Origin: a virus
DNA length: 64,000 nt
IMG/VR virus record: IMGVR_UViG_3300003155_000005
Location: 1-64,000 of that record
Direction: 5' to 3' (one strand)
The notes beneath the pieces were generated by a model. It had not been told where the DNA came from. It made no database searches and was given only the letters and a program-made list of their open reading frames with translations. The first letter of the stretch is position 1; each line of letters begins with the position of its first letter. Below, piece by piece: positions 18,921 to 30,128 of this stretch. Both the position numbers and the translations under genes were made by a program.

Positions 18921-21100
18921 TAGATGATGCTATTAATGAATTAGTATATGAAAAAGTAAGGCTCAGAAAGGCTTATCAGTACTATCATTGTCATCGAGAT
19001 GCTGATCAATTTAAAAGTCTTGAATTTAATTATGGAATAGGAACTCCAACAGCAGTAAACTTCACTCCATTAATTAAAAAACATATTGATGTTTTAGTTG
19101 GAAAGTATCTTGAACTAGAGCCAGATTTAAAAATTTCTTGCAAAGATTCATTAACTGTGACTAATATAATGCGAGAAAAACAATTAAAGATAGATCAAGC
19201 ATTATATGAAAAACTACATCAATATTTACAGAATAATATAATTTCTGTATTATTGGATAATAAGGAAGTAGTTAATGATCCTTTTATAGAAAAAGAATTA
19301 AAAACTATTCAAGATAATTTAGATAGAACGTTTATTTCAGATTATGAAATAGCAGCCCAGAATATATTACGGTATTTAAAGCAATCTAGAAATATTGATA
19401 TGAAAAATAAGATGCGACTCTTATTTACAGATTTACTTATTAGTGGAACTTGCTATTATAGAACAAGACCTACTGAAAGTGGAGAGAATATCAATTTTGA
19501 GGCTTTAAATACGTTAAACACATTTATAGAAAGAAATCCCAATTCCCCTTATTTAGCAGATTCTAGACGTGTTGTTATTCGCAAAATGATGACAAGAGAA
19601 ATGATTTTGAACGAATACCGTAGTGAGTTAACTGCAGAGGCCGTTGCTAAACTAAAAGAAGCTCCTAAAATGGGGGATGTTAGAACAACCACATATTTAG
19701 TAAGAACTTCTGCTATTCCTCCTGATGGTTTACCTAGACCTGATTTAACTCCAGGTATTTTAGGGGGACTTGAAGCTTATCCTGCAATGCCAGGAGATGA
19801 AGCTTTGTTATCTAATTATAATCCTCATTTAATTACTGTTTATGAAGTAGAATGGCTTGAAGTAGATGAAAAGACAGGATACTTAACAAGACATGAAGGA
19901 GTCAAAATTGGGAATGAAATCTATATTACTAGAGGAGAAGTAGAGAATGTTGTAAGATCTACAGATTATCCAAGTAAATGTAGATTATCTGTAAATGGAA
20001 TGTTTTTCTTAGATCATAATGGAGATCCTTTTAGTTTAGTATTAAACACTATGAATCTCCAAGATAAATATGACTTATTACTCTTTTACAGGGATAATTT
20101 AATTGCATCTTCTGGAACAGTAGGAGATTGGTTAGATTTAGCTAATCTTCCAACAGCTCTTGGAGTTACTATGCCAGAAAGAATTCAAAAATGATTAGCC
20201 TACAAAAAGAATGGTGTCGGAATTCTTGATTCATCTCAAGATGGACAACCATTAAATACAATATTCAATGGATTTGATGATACAGTCAAAGCACAAAGTA
20301 TTCAAGCTATACAATTAGCTATTCAATCTATTGAACAGCAAGCCTCCTCTATTACAGGAGTACTTCCAGAAATGCTTGCACAGTATGAACAACGTGATGC
20401 TGTTAGTAATGTTAAGTTAGGAGTAACTACTTCTGGACTTTTAACCAAACAATACTTTGATTGTATGGATACAATTTATAAAGAAGTTAATTATGATTTA
20501 CTAAATCTTGCTAAATTAGTTTATCCAGACGGTCTTCAAGGAGTTATTATTTTGGGAGATAGATATTCTCAGATATTTTCAGCCCTTCCTGAGCATTATA
20601 CAGTAACAGATTTTGATGTTCATATTGAGGATAGTACAGCAACATTTAAGGATAGGGAAACTATAAAAGCTTTGAGTACTGAGCTAGTTAAAGCTGGTTA
20701 TTCTGATCCTGAAATGATTGTTAATATTGTAGCTGCAAAAAATATGACTGAACTCAAACGTTATGTTGAACAGTCAATGAAAATGAAGAAAGAAGAAGAA
20801 TCTATTGTTCAACAACTTCAACAACAGTTACAACAAACAGAACAACAAGCACAAGAGCTATTGAAACAGAATAAAGAATTACAATCTCAGTTGGCTCAAT
20901 TACAAAGTCAAGCTAGTCAAATGGAACAAGCTAAGATTGAAATTGAACAACAGAGGATTGCACTGGATCACGAAAAGATTAAGAATGATAAAGATTATCA
21001 GGATCAATCTATTGAAGTCAAAAAGCAACAATTACAAGCTCAAGTTGCACAAATGTTCGATAATAATCCTTATAATGATAAAATTAAACAAGTTGAATAA
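18896..21100 (+). CDS. portal protein candidate (734 aa) with Gln-rich coiled-coil C-terminus
   Basis: Track ORFs 18896 and 20372 share a frame through TGA 20192. The call rests on size and position directly after the terminase. No portal motif was checked beyond that. Confidence 0.65.
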
Positions 21101-21879
21101 TGGATAACAGATTAATTATTCAGACGATTGTTGAACCAAATTGCAAACTGGTTGCAGTTGATAACAGTAATTATGATTTAGGAGATGATATAAAATATTT
21201 CGTTTTTGTGGATTTCTTAAGTTATAACGAAGATAAAGTTCCTATTGATAAGACAATTAAAATTCACCATGAACAAATTAGTAGGTGACATTTATTAGGA
21301 AAGCATGTTTCTGAATTTACACTGGATAAAGATGGAACATATTACTACTATAAATTAATTATTCCAACTTTAGATTGATTTGCTAAGGAGGTTAGCTCAG
21401 GAAATTATAAAGGACTTAGTGAGGAGCTCTTTTTTGATGGAGATTCTTTATATTTTTGTAATTTAAAAGACGATGAGGAACATTCCTATAAAGAAGTTTT
21501 AGATAACAGTAGTTTAATTGATAATTATCTACTTGCATATAAAGCAGTTCAAAATAACTTAGCTTCTCAAACTTTTTATTGCCCAGCAAAAAAAGTATTT
21601 AGTGTTTGTAAGTTGCAAAGATGTTTAGTATATTTACAACGAAAATTATTGCTTACTAACTGTAAACATTGTGGATATGATAATTGCGATACAGACGCCA
21701 CTTTAAGAAGTAGAAGAGATTTTCTTTTAAGTGCAATGTATGTTTTCGACTATCTTAAAGATACAGGAAATTTTACAGAAGCTCAAAGAATTTTAGACAA
21801 CCTATCTTCTTGTGATTCTGTATGTGGAGATATGTTAGATAATTTTAATAATGATTGTGGCTGTGGAAATTCTATATAA
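21100..21879 (+). CDS. hypothetical protein with Cys-rich C-terminus (259 aa)
   Basis: Track ORFs 21100 and 21613 are joined in frame through TGAs at 21286 and 21376. Confidence 0.55.
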
Positions 21880-22073
21880 TACTTTATATCGGCTGTTTTC
21901 TAAGGAATTAGTAAATTTGAATATAGGTTACAACTTTAATTCTAACACTTTGTGCACAATGAATGAGATAGTAAATGCAATTGATTACATTAAGCATGGT
22001 TGTCCTCATAGTGAGGAAGTGATTAAACTTATACAGTACTATGAAGAACTGTAATAATTAAAAACTATTAAGC

Positions 22074-23819
22074 ATGAAAAGAAATAATATACTTCCAGAT
22101 GTTGATTTGCAAACTTCTCGTGAATGCTATGGAGCAACTAATTCCAGAGATTTTTATAAAGGAAAATCTTTCAATTTTGCTAAAGCTTGAGCTCCTGGAG
22201 TTGCCTATTATAACAGTAGCTACATTCAAGATTTTGTAGCTTATAATGGCGCTCTTTTAGCTTGTCATAGAAGCCATGTCTCAAACAATGATCTGGAACC
22301 TGTATTACTTTATACGGATCTTGAACATCCAGAAATACCTACAGGTGTAGACTCTCCTCTTTGGGAATTTGTATTTGCAGGTACTCCAGGTGCAGCTGGG
22401 GATGAAGGTAAACCTGGCCAGGTGTACGTACCTAAATACAATGAGTCTACAGGATATGTTACTTGAACTTTAGAATCAGGTGCTTCTCAAATTTCTCCAA
22501 TGTATATCAAGGGTGATAAAGGAGAAAAAGGTGATCCTGGTGCAACAGGATCAAAAGGAGAAAAAGGTGATCCTGGTTCTAGAGGAGAAAGAGGACCTCA
22601 AGGAGAACAAGGACTTAGAGGACTTCAAGGGGAGCAAGGACCCAGAGGACTTCAAGGTATTCAGGGAGAAAAAGGAAATAAAGGTGATAAGGGAGATCGA
22701 GGTGATAGAGGACCTGCTGGAACTGCGGCAACTATCAGAGTAGATTCTGTTATTACTGGAGATCCTGGTTCTCAAGCTTCTATCGTAAATGTCGGAACCG
22801 CTTCTGAAGCTGCTTTCAGATTTACTATTCCAAGAGGCCAACAAGGAGTTCAAGGTATTCAGGGAGAAAAAGGAGACAAAGGAGATAAAGGAGAACAAGG
22901 TCCTAAAGGTAAACAATTAAAGTTGTATCGAGACTTTACTGATGATACAATTAAATGAGGATATGATGGGGAACTGCCTAGTCAATGGACAGTTCTTTGT
23001 TATATGGACTATCTACGAGGAGTCAGTATTGATGATGTTGATATTACCGACGATGCTCATCTTAAAGTGACATTATCTTCTGGACATTATACATGAACCC
23101 CAGATGAAGATGGAAACCCAATTAAAGATGAAAATGGAAATATTATATATGATCGCTGAATCCCATCAACTATAATTACTAAGGGCAAAGCAGCAGCTAC
23201 ACTTACTGCTGGTAAAGTAGAAATGCTACGCCCAGGAGAAGATCCTAAAATTGAAAATGTGGGTACAATCAAAGATCCTATTTGAGATTTTTATATACCC
23301 AGAGGATTTACTGGGAATCATGCTGTACATGTTGGCCCAGAAGATCCTGTTACTTTTAGGAACTCCCATTTAGATGATGCTGACATTCAAGAAGCCTATA
23401 AGAATGCAGAGCAAATGATTTGGGTTGATACCAAAGATAAAGCAGAATTTGATCATTTAAATGCTGTATATCATGCATATAAAGAAGCTGGAGGAACTGC
23501 TTTAGATCAATCTAAGTTTGCTGAGGCTTTTGCTAATTTAACTAATGCTTCTGGATTCTCTATACAGATTGTTGAGAGCTTTGAAGCACTTGGGGAACCT
23601 ACAAAAGATAAACAAAACATAATTTGGTTAGTTCCTGCTTCTCAAACTGAAGTTAATAATCTATATGATGAATATATAGTGGTTAAATCTTCAAATACTA
23701 TGCTTGATACCTATTTTTGGGAAAAATGAGGTAATGGCACTATAACTGTAGATTTATCTAACTACTATACCAAAGCTGAAGTAGATACTATTATGATGTG
23801 AAATGATGTTACTAATTAA
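22074..23819 (+). CDS. collagen-like repeat tail fibre protein (581 aa)
   Basis: ATG 22074. Same frame as track ORFs 22500 and 23415 through about 8 in-frame TGAs. G-X-Y runs lie at ~22512..22719 and ~22833..22911. C-terminal LSNYYTKAEVD motif is shared with the other fibres. Confidence 0.7.
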
Positions 23820-23829
23820 ATATTAAACA

Positions 23830-24948
23830 ATGGCAAGTGTTATAAAATTTTATAGAGGACTTAGTTCCGCTTATAATGCTGTAACTCATGCTGATGGCAT
23901 TTTCTTTACAACAGATACACATAAAATTATGCTGAATGGCTTCGAATATGGAGGTGATTCTAGTAAAAAAGTAGCTAATGTAACTTTAAATAAGAATGCT
24001 AATGGTATTGTGATTACATACACAGATTCAACCATTACGATTTTAGACTTTGCAAAGGCAACTGCTGAAGTTGACGGTTTAATGTCGAAAGAGGATAAAG
24101 CTAAACTTGATAGTTTAGATCCTCAAGCAAGTGGTTCTTATGAGTCTTCATTAGATTCTACTGTAGCAACAGTAGAAAAATTAGGTGGTATTGCTGCTGG
24201 GACAACAGTTGCACAACTTACAGGTAAGAGCTATAATGAAATTTTTGATACTCTTATTTTCCCAACTGTTAACCCTACATTTACAGCTCCTACCGCAAGT
24301 ATTTCTTTAAAAGGTTATTCTAATATTCAAGAGATCGGAGCTACTGCCCCCACTACAGCAAACTTTACTGTAGGATTTAATGCAGGTGCAATTACTTTAG
24401 CAGGAGTTAAACAAAATAATAGAGCAGGAGCACAAGATGTAGAAGCTTCTAAGATCTTATATAGCTCAAGTAAAGTAGAAGATCTTCCAGAAAAGGTTAC
24501 TTCAGGGGCAATGGATTATTACTATCGTGCTGCTTATGCTGAAGGTCCTCAACCTAAAGATTCGAAAGGAAATAATTATTCAACTCCACTTGCTGCTGGA
24601 ACTGTAGATTCTAGTAAAGTAACAGTTACTGGTTATCGTGCAGCTTATTCAGGTTTAGTTTCTACAAATGCAATTACAGAAGAGGTTATTAAAGGAATGA
24701 CTAAAACAGTTTCTGCAAAGAAAACTATTAAAGTTTCTGGTCCTATTTCTGAACAATACATCTGTTTTGCAGCTCCTGCAGGATGGACAGTTTCAAATAT
24801 TAAAGACAGTAATAATTTTGATGTAACTAGTTCTTATACAACTAGTACAGTTTCAGTTACTGGTTTAGATGGTCAAGCTGTTGATTACACAGTATACTTA
24901 TCTGGTAAGATGACGCAACCTAATACTTACTATGTAAACTTTAACTAA
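23830..24948 (+). CDS. tail fibre / receptor-binding-type structural protein (372 aa)
   Basis: Ser/Thr/Ala/Gly-rich composition, position inside the fibre array, and no TGA. Assignment is compositional and positional. Confidence 0.65.
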   Translation: MASVIKFYRGLSSAYNAVTHADGIFFTTDTHKIMLNGFEYGGDSSKKVANVTLNKNANGIVITYTDSTITILDFAKATAEVDGLMSKEDKAKLDSLDPQASGSYESSLDSTVATVEKLGGIAAGTTVAQLTGKSYNEIFDTLIFPTVNPTFTAPTASISLKGYSNIQEIGATAPTTANFTVGFNAGAITLAGVKQNNRAGAQDVEASKILYSSSKVEDLPEKVTSGAMDYYYRAAYAEGPQPKDSKGNNYSTPLAAGTVDSSKVTVTGYRAAYSGLVSTNAITEEVIKGMTKTVSAKKTIKVSGPISEQYICFAAPAGWTVSNIKDSNNFDVTSSYTTSTVSVTGLDGQAVDYTVYLSGKMTQPNTYYVNFN

Positions 24949-24950
24949 TT

Positions 24951-26111
24951 ATGGCAGAATTTTTTGGTAAAGGTATTTCGGTAGGTTCAGGTTTTGACTT
25001 AGGTGCGAATCTACCATTAGATAATAGAACGATCCAGGCTACAGTATCGGATCGTGATGCAATGCCTACTATTCAGCTAGTAGAAGGTCTTATAGTATAT
25101 GTAAAAGAGAATAAAACTCTTTATGTACTAAAAAGCTTTGATGCTGATGGTTCTAACCGAGTTTGGGAACCTCTTGCAGTAGGTGCAGTTATAGAAATTA
25201 TTAATACACTTGAAAGTGATAGAACTGATGCTGCTCTTTCTGCAGCTCAGGGTAAAGCCTTAAAGACTCTTGTAGATGATTTGCGAGCTTCTGTGGCAGC
25301 AGCTCTTGATTATAAAGGTACTAAAGATACTTACGAAGATCTTCCTTCAGAGGATAATAAAAAAGGTGACGTTTGGAACGTAGTAGCTGCTCATGGAAGT
25401 ACTCCTGCAGGTACAAACTATGCCTGGGATGGAACTCAATGGGATCCTCTGGGAGGTACTGTAGATCTTTCAGGATATTATACTAAGTCACAAGTTGATA
25501 GTGCTATTTCTACAGCAAAGTCGGAGTTAGAAGCTGCAGATACTGCTTTAGAAGGACAAATTACTACTGTTACTAATCAACTTACAAATAAGGTTGATAA
25601 AGTTAAGGGTTCTGGTTTAATCTCTGATACTGATTTAAATCAAATCAGAACTAATAAAGCAGACATTGAAAGCTTAACTACTTCTGTTGGAGAAAAACAA
25701 GAGATTCTTACAGAAGGTAAAGCAATTTCAATTTCAGAAGAAAATGTAATTGATGTTAAACTAGATCCAGCATCCGATCCTGCACTCTCTAAATCAGCTG
25801 AGGGTCTTAAATTAGATCTGAGTGGTGTCAAAGGTTCTACTGTTAAAGTTGGAACTGCCATCACTGGAGGTGTAGAAATTGGTGCAGAGCAAACTATTGC
25901 TGCTGGAATGCAAGCTCTTAGCGATAGTATCCAGACTGCCGTTTCAGGAGGTATTACATCATTAACAAGTCCTGATAAAACTGTTACAGTAACAGGTACA
26001 GGTACTTCTAGAGGTTTAGCTGTAAATGTATCCAAATTAGTATCAACAGGTTCTGCTATCCAGGTTGGAGAAGATGGCAAACTTGATATGTTTTGGATGG
26101 AAATTGAGTAA
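24951..26111 (+). CDS. tail fibre protein (386 aa)
   Basis: Contains DLSGYYTKSQVD and coiled-coil-like segments shared with neighbouring fibre genes. Confidence 0.65.
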   Translation: MAEFFGKGISVGSGFDLGANLPLDNRTIQATVSDRDAMPTIQLVEGLIVYVKENKTLYVLKSFDADGSNRVWEPLAVGAVIEIINTLESDRTDAALSAAQGKALKTLVDDLRASVAAALDYKGTKDTYEDLPSEDNKKGDVWNVVAAHGSTPAGTNYAWDGTQWDPLGGTVDLSGYYTKSQVDSAISTAKSELEAADTALEGQITTVTNQLTNKVDKVKGSGLISDTDLNQIRTNKADIESLTTSVGEKQEILTEGKAISISEENVIDVKLDPASDPALSKSAEGLKLDLSGVKGSTVKVGTAITGGVEIGAEQTIAAGMQALSDSIQTAVSGGITSLTSPDKTVTVTGTGTSRGLAVNVSKLVSTGSAIQVGEDGKLDMFWMEIE

Positions 26112-26136
26112 ATAATTCTTCTCCCTCCCTGAAAAT

Positions 26137-26145
26137 GGGGGGGGG
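26137..26145 (+). repeat. G9 homopolymer at the 5' end of a fibre gene
   Basis: atG GGG GGG GGa. Preceded by the complementary CTCCCTCCC (26121..26129), which can form a 9-bp hairpin. Confidence 0.9.
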
Positions 26146-26161
26146 AGTTAATTTAAAAAGA

Positions 26162-27796
26162 ATGCAATTAAGTTTTCAAAAAATCGCTACAGTTCCTGAA
26201 AGTGGTCTTGTAGCTGGTAGAATATATTTTGAAACATCAACTGGAATGATTAAAGTAGCTACAAGTGCTACCGCAGTTGATAAATTTGGTGATGGCGTTA
26301 AATCTGCAAGTTGGGATGAGGGAGCCAAAACCCTTAAAATTATTAATGAAAGCGGAGAAGAGATTTCTCTAAATCTATCAGATGTAGCCTCAGCTTCTGC
26401 AGTTACTACAGAGCTAGCAAAGAAGTTAAATATTGGAGCATCTGGAGATGCCTCAACTGTACAGAGTTATTATGGACTGAAGAAATATACAGATGAAGCA
26501 AAATCATCTGCAATTAGTTCAGCTAAATCATATACAGACACCGAGATTGGCAAAATTCCTGCCGCTATTGTTTATAAGGGAGATGGCACAACAGTTACTC
26601 AGTCTGGAACTAGTACTGTTACATTTGCTGTAGGAGAAATTCCTCAAAGTAAAGTAACTAGTCTAACTACAGACTTAGCTGCTAAAGCTACTACAACTGC
26701 TCTTAATGCAGTTAAAGCTACGGCTGAAGCAGCAGCTCCTCAAGCTACTACATACACTAAAATAGAAGTTGACAATAAAGTAGCTTCTGCTGTTGGTAGT
26801 GTGTACAAGATGAAGGGTTCTGTAGATGACGCCACAGCTCTTCAAGCTTTAACAGGAGTAGCTATTGGTGATACATATAATGTAATTGCTGCAGGCTCTT
26901 TAAATGGAGAACCTTTTGAAGCAGGCTCAAATTTTGTAGCTATTAAAGCTGGTGCAGGTAATCAAGAAGGAATGTGGGATAAGCTAGGCGGAACCATTGA
27001 CTTATCTGCTTATGCTAGAAGCGCAGATGTGGCTAATACTTACGCTACTAAAACTGCAGTAACTTCTGAAATTGCTACTAAGATCGGAACTTTAGACAAA
27101 GCTGATACTGCTGTCGAAGGTCAGGTTGTTTCTGCAGTTTCTGAAACGGATGGTATTATTACTGTCTCTCGTAGAGCACTTGTAGAAACGGATATTCCAA
27201 CTATTGGAATGACTAAGATTTCTGGATTATCTACTGCACTTTCTGGAAAGGTTGGAACTTCTACAACAGTTAATGGTAAAGCTCTTAGTCAAAATATTAC
27301 TTTAGCTGGAGAAGATATTTTAGTAGGAGGAACAGGAACATATAAAGATGATGATCTCCAAGCTGCTATTGAAGCAATGGATAGCAGAATAACTTCTGCT
27401 GCAGCTGCAGGTGTTCAGTCATTTGGAGGAAAAACAGGAGCCATTACATTAAAAGCAACAGCCTCAGCTAATGGTTCAGTTAATTTAACAATGAGTAATA
27501 ATGAGCTCCAAGCGGCTATTGTTGGTTTAGGTTCTGCTGCATATACTGCATCTACTGCTTATGCAACTGCTGCTCAAGGAGCAAAAGCTGATTCTGCCCT
27601 TCAAAAAGCAAATATTGTTTCTGGCTCTGCTAATGGTACAATCTCTGTTAGTGGTACAGATGTTGCTGTCAAAGGTCTAGGTTCTGCTGCGTATGTTGCA
27701 ACTTCAGCATTTGATGCTGCTGGTTCTGCAAACAGTGCTCTTACCTCTGCTAAGTCTTATGCCGATGGCTTAATGGCTTGGGCTGAGTTTGAATAA
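26162..27796 (+). CDS. tail fibre protein (544 aa from ATG 26162; 553 aa if ATG 26135 is used)
   Basis: Long Ala/Thr/Ser-rich ORF. MQLSFQKIATV at 26162 resembles the other fibre N-termini. The alternative start at 26135 gives MGGGVNLKR through the G9 tract. Confidence 0.7.
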   Translation: MQLSFQKIATVPESGLVAGRIYFETSTGMIKVATSATAVDKFGDGVKSASWDEGAKTLKIINESGEEISLNLSDVASASAVTTELAKKLNIGASGDASTVQSYYGLKKYTDEAKSSAISSAKSYTDTEIGKIPAAIVYKGDGTTVTQSGTSTVTFAVGEIPQSKVTSLTTDLAAKATTTALNAVKATAEAAAPQATTYTKIEVDNKVASAVGSVYKMKGSVDDATALQALTGVAIGDTYNVIAAGSLNGEPFEAGSNFVAIKAGAGNQEGMWDKLGGTIDLSAYARSADVANTYATKTAVTSEIATKIGTLDKADTAVEGQVVSAVSETDGIITVSRRALVETDIPTIGMTKISGLSTALSGKVGTSTTVNGKALSQNITLAGEDILVGGTGTYKDDDLQAAIEAMDSRITSAAAAGVQSFGGKTGAITLKATASANGSVNLTMSNNELQAAIVGLGSAAYTASTAYATAAQGAKADSALQKANIVSGSANGTISVSGTDVAVKGLGSAAYVATSAFDAAGSANSALTSAKSYADGLMAWAEFE

Positions 27797-27804
27797 TATA
27801 TTTA

Positions 27805-27838
27805 GAGGAGGTGGGAGAAATCCCATCTCCTTATTTTT
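27805..27838 (+). terminator. rho-independent terminator
   Basis: Stem GGAGGTGGGA / TCCCATCTCC with one G-T pair, followed by TTATTTTT. Confidence 0.6.
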
Positions 27839-27859
27839 AATTTTTTAAATAAGGTTAAA

Positions 27860-30067
27860 ATGGCAAAAATTACAAATAGATTCGTTCATTTTAAGACGAA
27901 AGCCAGTTTCACTTCACGATTGGAAGCTGGTGATATCCAGGAATCAAGTGTTGTGTTCATCCAGGATGCAAATGAAATTTGGACACACGGAACATATTAT
28001 AAATGTAATATTAGTAGAGCTGAAGTTGAAGCTTTAATAATTTCTAAAGGTTATATTACTGAAGCAGATATTCCTTCATTAACAGGAGGGGCGGCTGCAA
28101 CTTCAGGTCAATATGTATCAGGAGTTACAGTATCAGGACATACTGTAACTGTCACTAAGGCTGCTTTACCTAGTGCGGCCACAGTTGCTCCTAAAGCATC
28201 TGGAACAGCGGACGTTGGTACCTCAACTAAATATGCAAGAGAAGATCACGTTCATCCTTCACAAACTACAATAAGTGGAAATGCAGGAACTGCAACAAAA
28301 TTAGCTACACCAAGAGTTATAGCAATAGCTGGAGCAGTATCTGGTAGTGCTACTTTTGATGGTTCTGACAATGTATCTATTAATAGTACATTAAATAATT
28401 TTGATGCTTCAAAGATTACTTCTGGCACTCTTAGTGCTGATAGACTTCCAGAAATTCCCATTTCTAAAATTCCTGCAGCTGCATTAGAGAGATTATATGT
28501 AGTAGAATCTGAATCCGCTGCAGTTGCTTTGAAGATACAAGAAGGTGATGTAGTTCAAATTGGCTCAGGAGGACCTATGTACTTCTGTATATCAGAATCT
28601 GCATCTACTTTTGCAACTAAATTTAAAGTATTTACAGCTGGAGCTGCAACAAGTGTACCCTGGTCTGGTGTAACTGGAGCACCTACAAAATTAAGTCAGT
28701 TTACTAATGACTCTGGTTTTATAACAAGTGTACCTGCTCAGACATGGGATAGTATTACAGGAAAACCTTCTACCTTTACTCCAAGCGCGCATACTCAAGC
28801 ATATACAACATTAACTGGTTCAACAACAACTGCAAATCAGGCTATTGTATCTAGTGGTACAGCTAATGGTTGAACATTGAAAACTCTTGGCAGTCTTGCT
28901 TTTAGTAGTGCAACAATACCTACAAAGACTTCACAATTAACTAATGATAGTGGATTTTTAACATCTGTGCCTGCGCAATCTTGGTCTTCAATTACAGGTA
29001 AACCTACTACATTAGATGGATATGGAATAACAGATGCTATTAAAAATACTACAACAGCTACAGCTACTACATTAGCAGCTGGAGCATCAGCAACTGCTGT
29101 TTATGACAAGGCTACTAATAAATTTACTTTTGGTATTCCAAAAGGAGCAACTGGTGCAACAGGAAGTACTGGTGCACAAGGTCCTAAAGGAGACAAAGGC
29201 GATACAGGGGCCACTGGAGCAACGGGTCCTAAAGGTGATACAGGAGCAAAAGGAGCAGATGGTATTACTCCAACTATTGGAACTAATGGTAACTGGTATT
29301 TAGGATCTACTGATACTGGAAAACCTTCTCGTGGTGCAACAGGTGCTACTGGAGCTAAAGGAGATAAAGGTGATACTGGATCTCAAGGCCCAACTGGACC
29401 TACTGGTCCTGCAGGAGCAGCAGCTGGATTTGGTACACCTACCGTAGATAATTCTGCAGCTGGAAATGTTGGAACTCCAAGTGTAACTGTTACAGCTTCA
29501 GGAGCTAATACTAGTAAAGTATTTAACTTTAAATTTAGTAACTTAAAAGGAGCTACGGGTGCGCAAGGACCGAAAGGTGATAAAGGAGACAAGGGTGATA
29601 CTGGAGCAACGGGTCCTGCTGGAACTTATACAGCTGGTTCAGGAATATCAATTAGTGGTAATACTATTTCTGCAGATATTCCAGTTGCATTACCTAATCC
29701 TTATGCGTTAACAATTAATGGACAGTCATATACTGGTTCTTCTTCAGTATCTATAAATACTGAATTAGATCCTACTATATTATCGTCTGCTCTTATAGAT
29801 GCTGGCAATAGTTATTCATTCTCGGCCAGTAATAAACAAACTTTACGTCTTAGAAATTTTTCAGCTAACAACAGTACCGCAATATTATATAGTATGGCAA
29901 CTTATGACCATACATTTACAGTCTATTCTGGAGCTAGTATTCCTATCTATGAACAGCAATTAGGTAGCTATTCAGCAGAAAGTATTATAAAATATACTAT
30001 TATTTATCATCCTTATGCAAAATCTACAGGAGCCTTCTTTATTGAAAAGACTGTTCTAAATCCTTAG
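27860..30067 (+). CDS. collagen-like repeat tail fibre protein (735 aa)
   Basis: Track ORFs 27860 and 28877 are joined through TGA 28871 (TANG-W-TLKTLG). Three G-X-Y blocks lie at ~29138..29267, ~29330..29429 and ~29546..29621. Contains an internal duplicated TNDSGF(I/L)TSVPAQ(T/S)W module. Confidence 0.75.
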
Positions 30068-30128
30068 ATTTAAAATAATACAATAAATACACGAAAATAT
30101 TGTGCATAATTTTAAATTTAAAAATAAT

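Noticed and set aside
21851-22054. 67-aa ORF between the Cys-rich gene and the first fibre gene
   Set aside because: It overlaps the upstream gene by 29 nt, has no motif and its start is uncertain (an internal ATG at 21959 would give only 31 aa). Left unannotated, though it may be real.
25640-26080. Minus-strand ORFs overlapping fibre and collagen genes (25640..26080, 22551..22916, 23087..23272, 28252..28461, 29383..29592, 42735..43058)
   Set aside because: They are antisense or alternate frames of repetitive, compositionally biased fibre genes. Their translations are low complexity (Ser/Pro/Leu-rich). They overlap strongly supported + strand genes.
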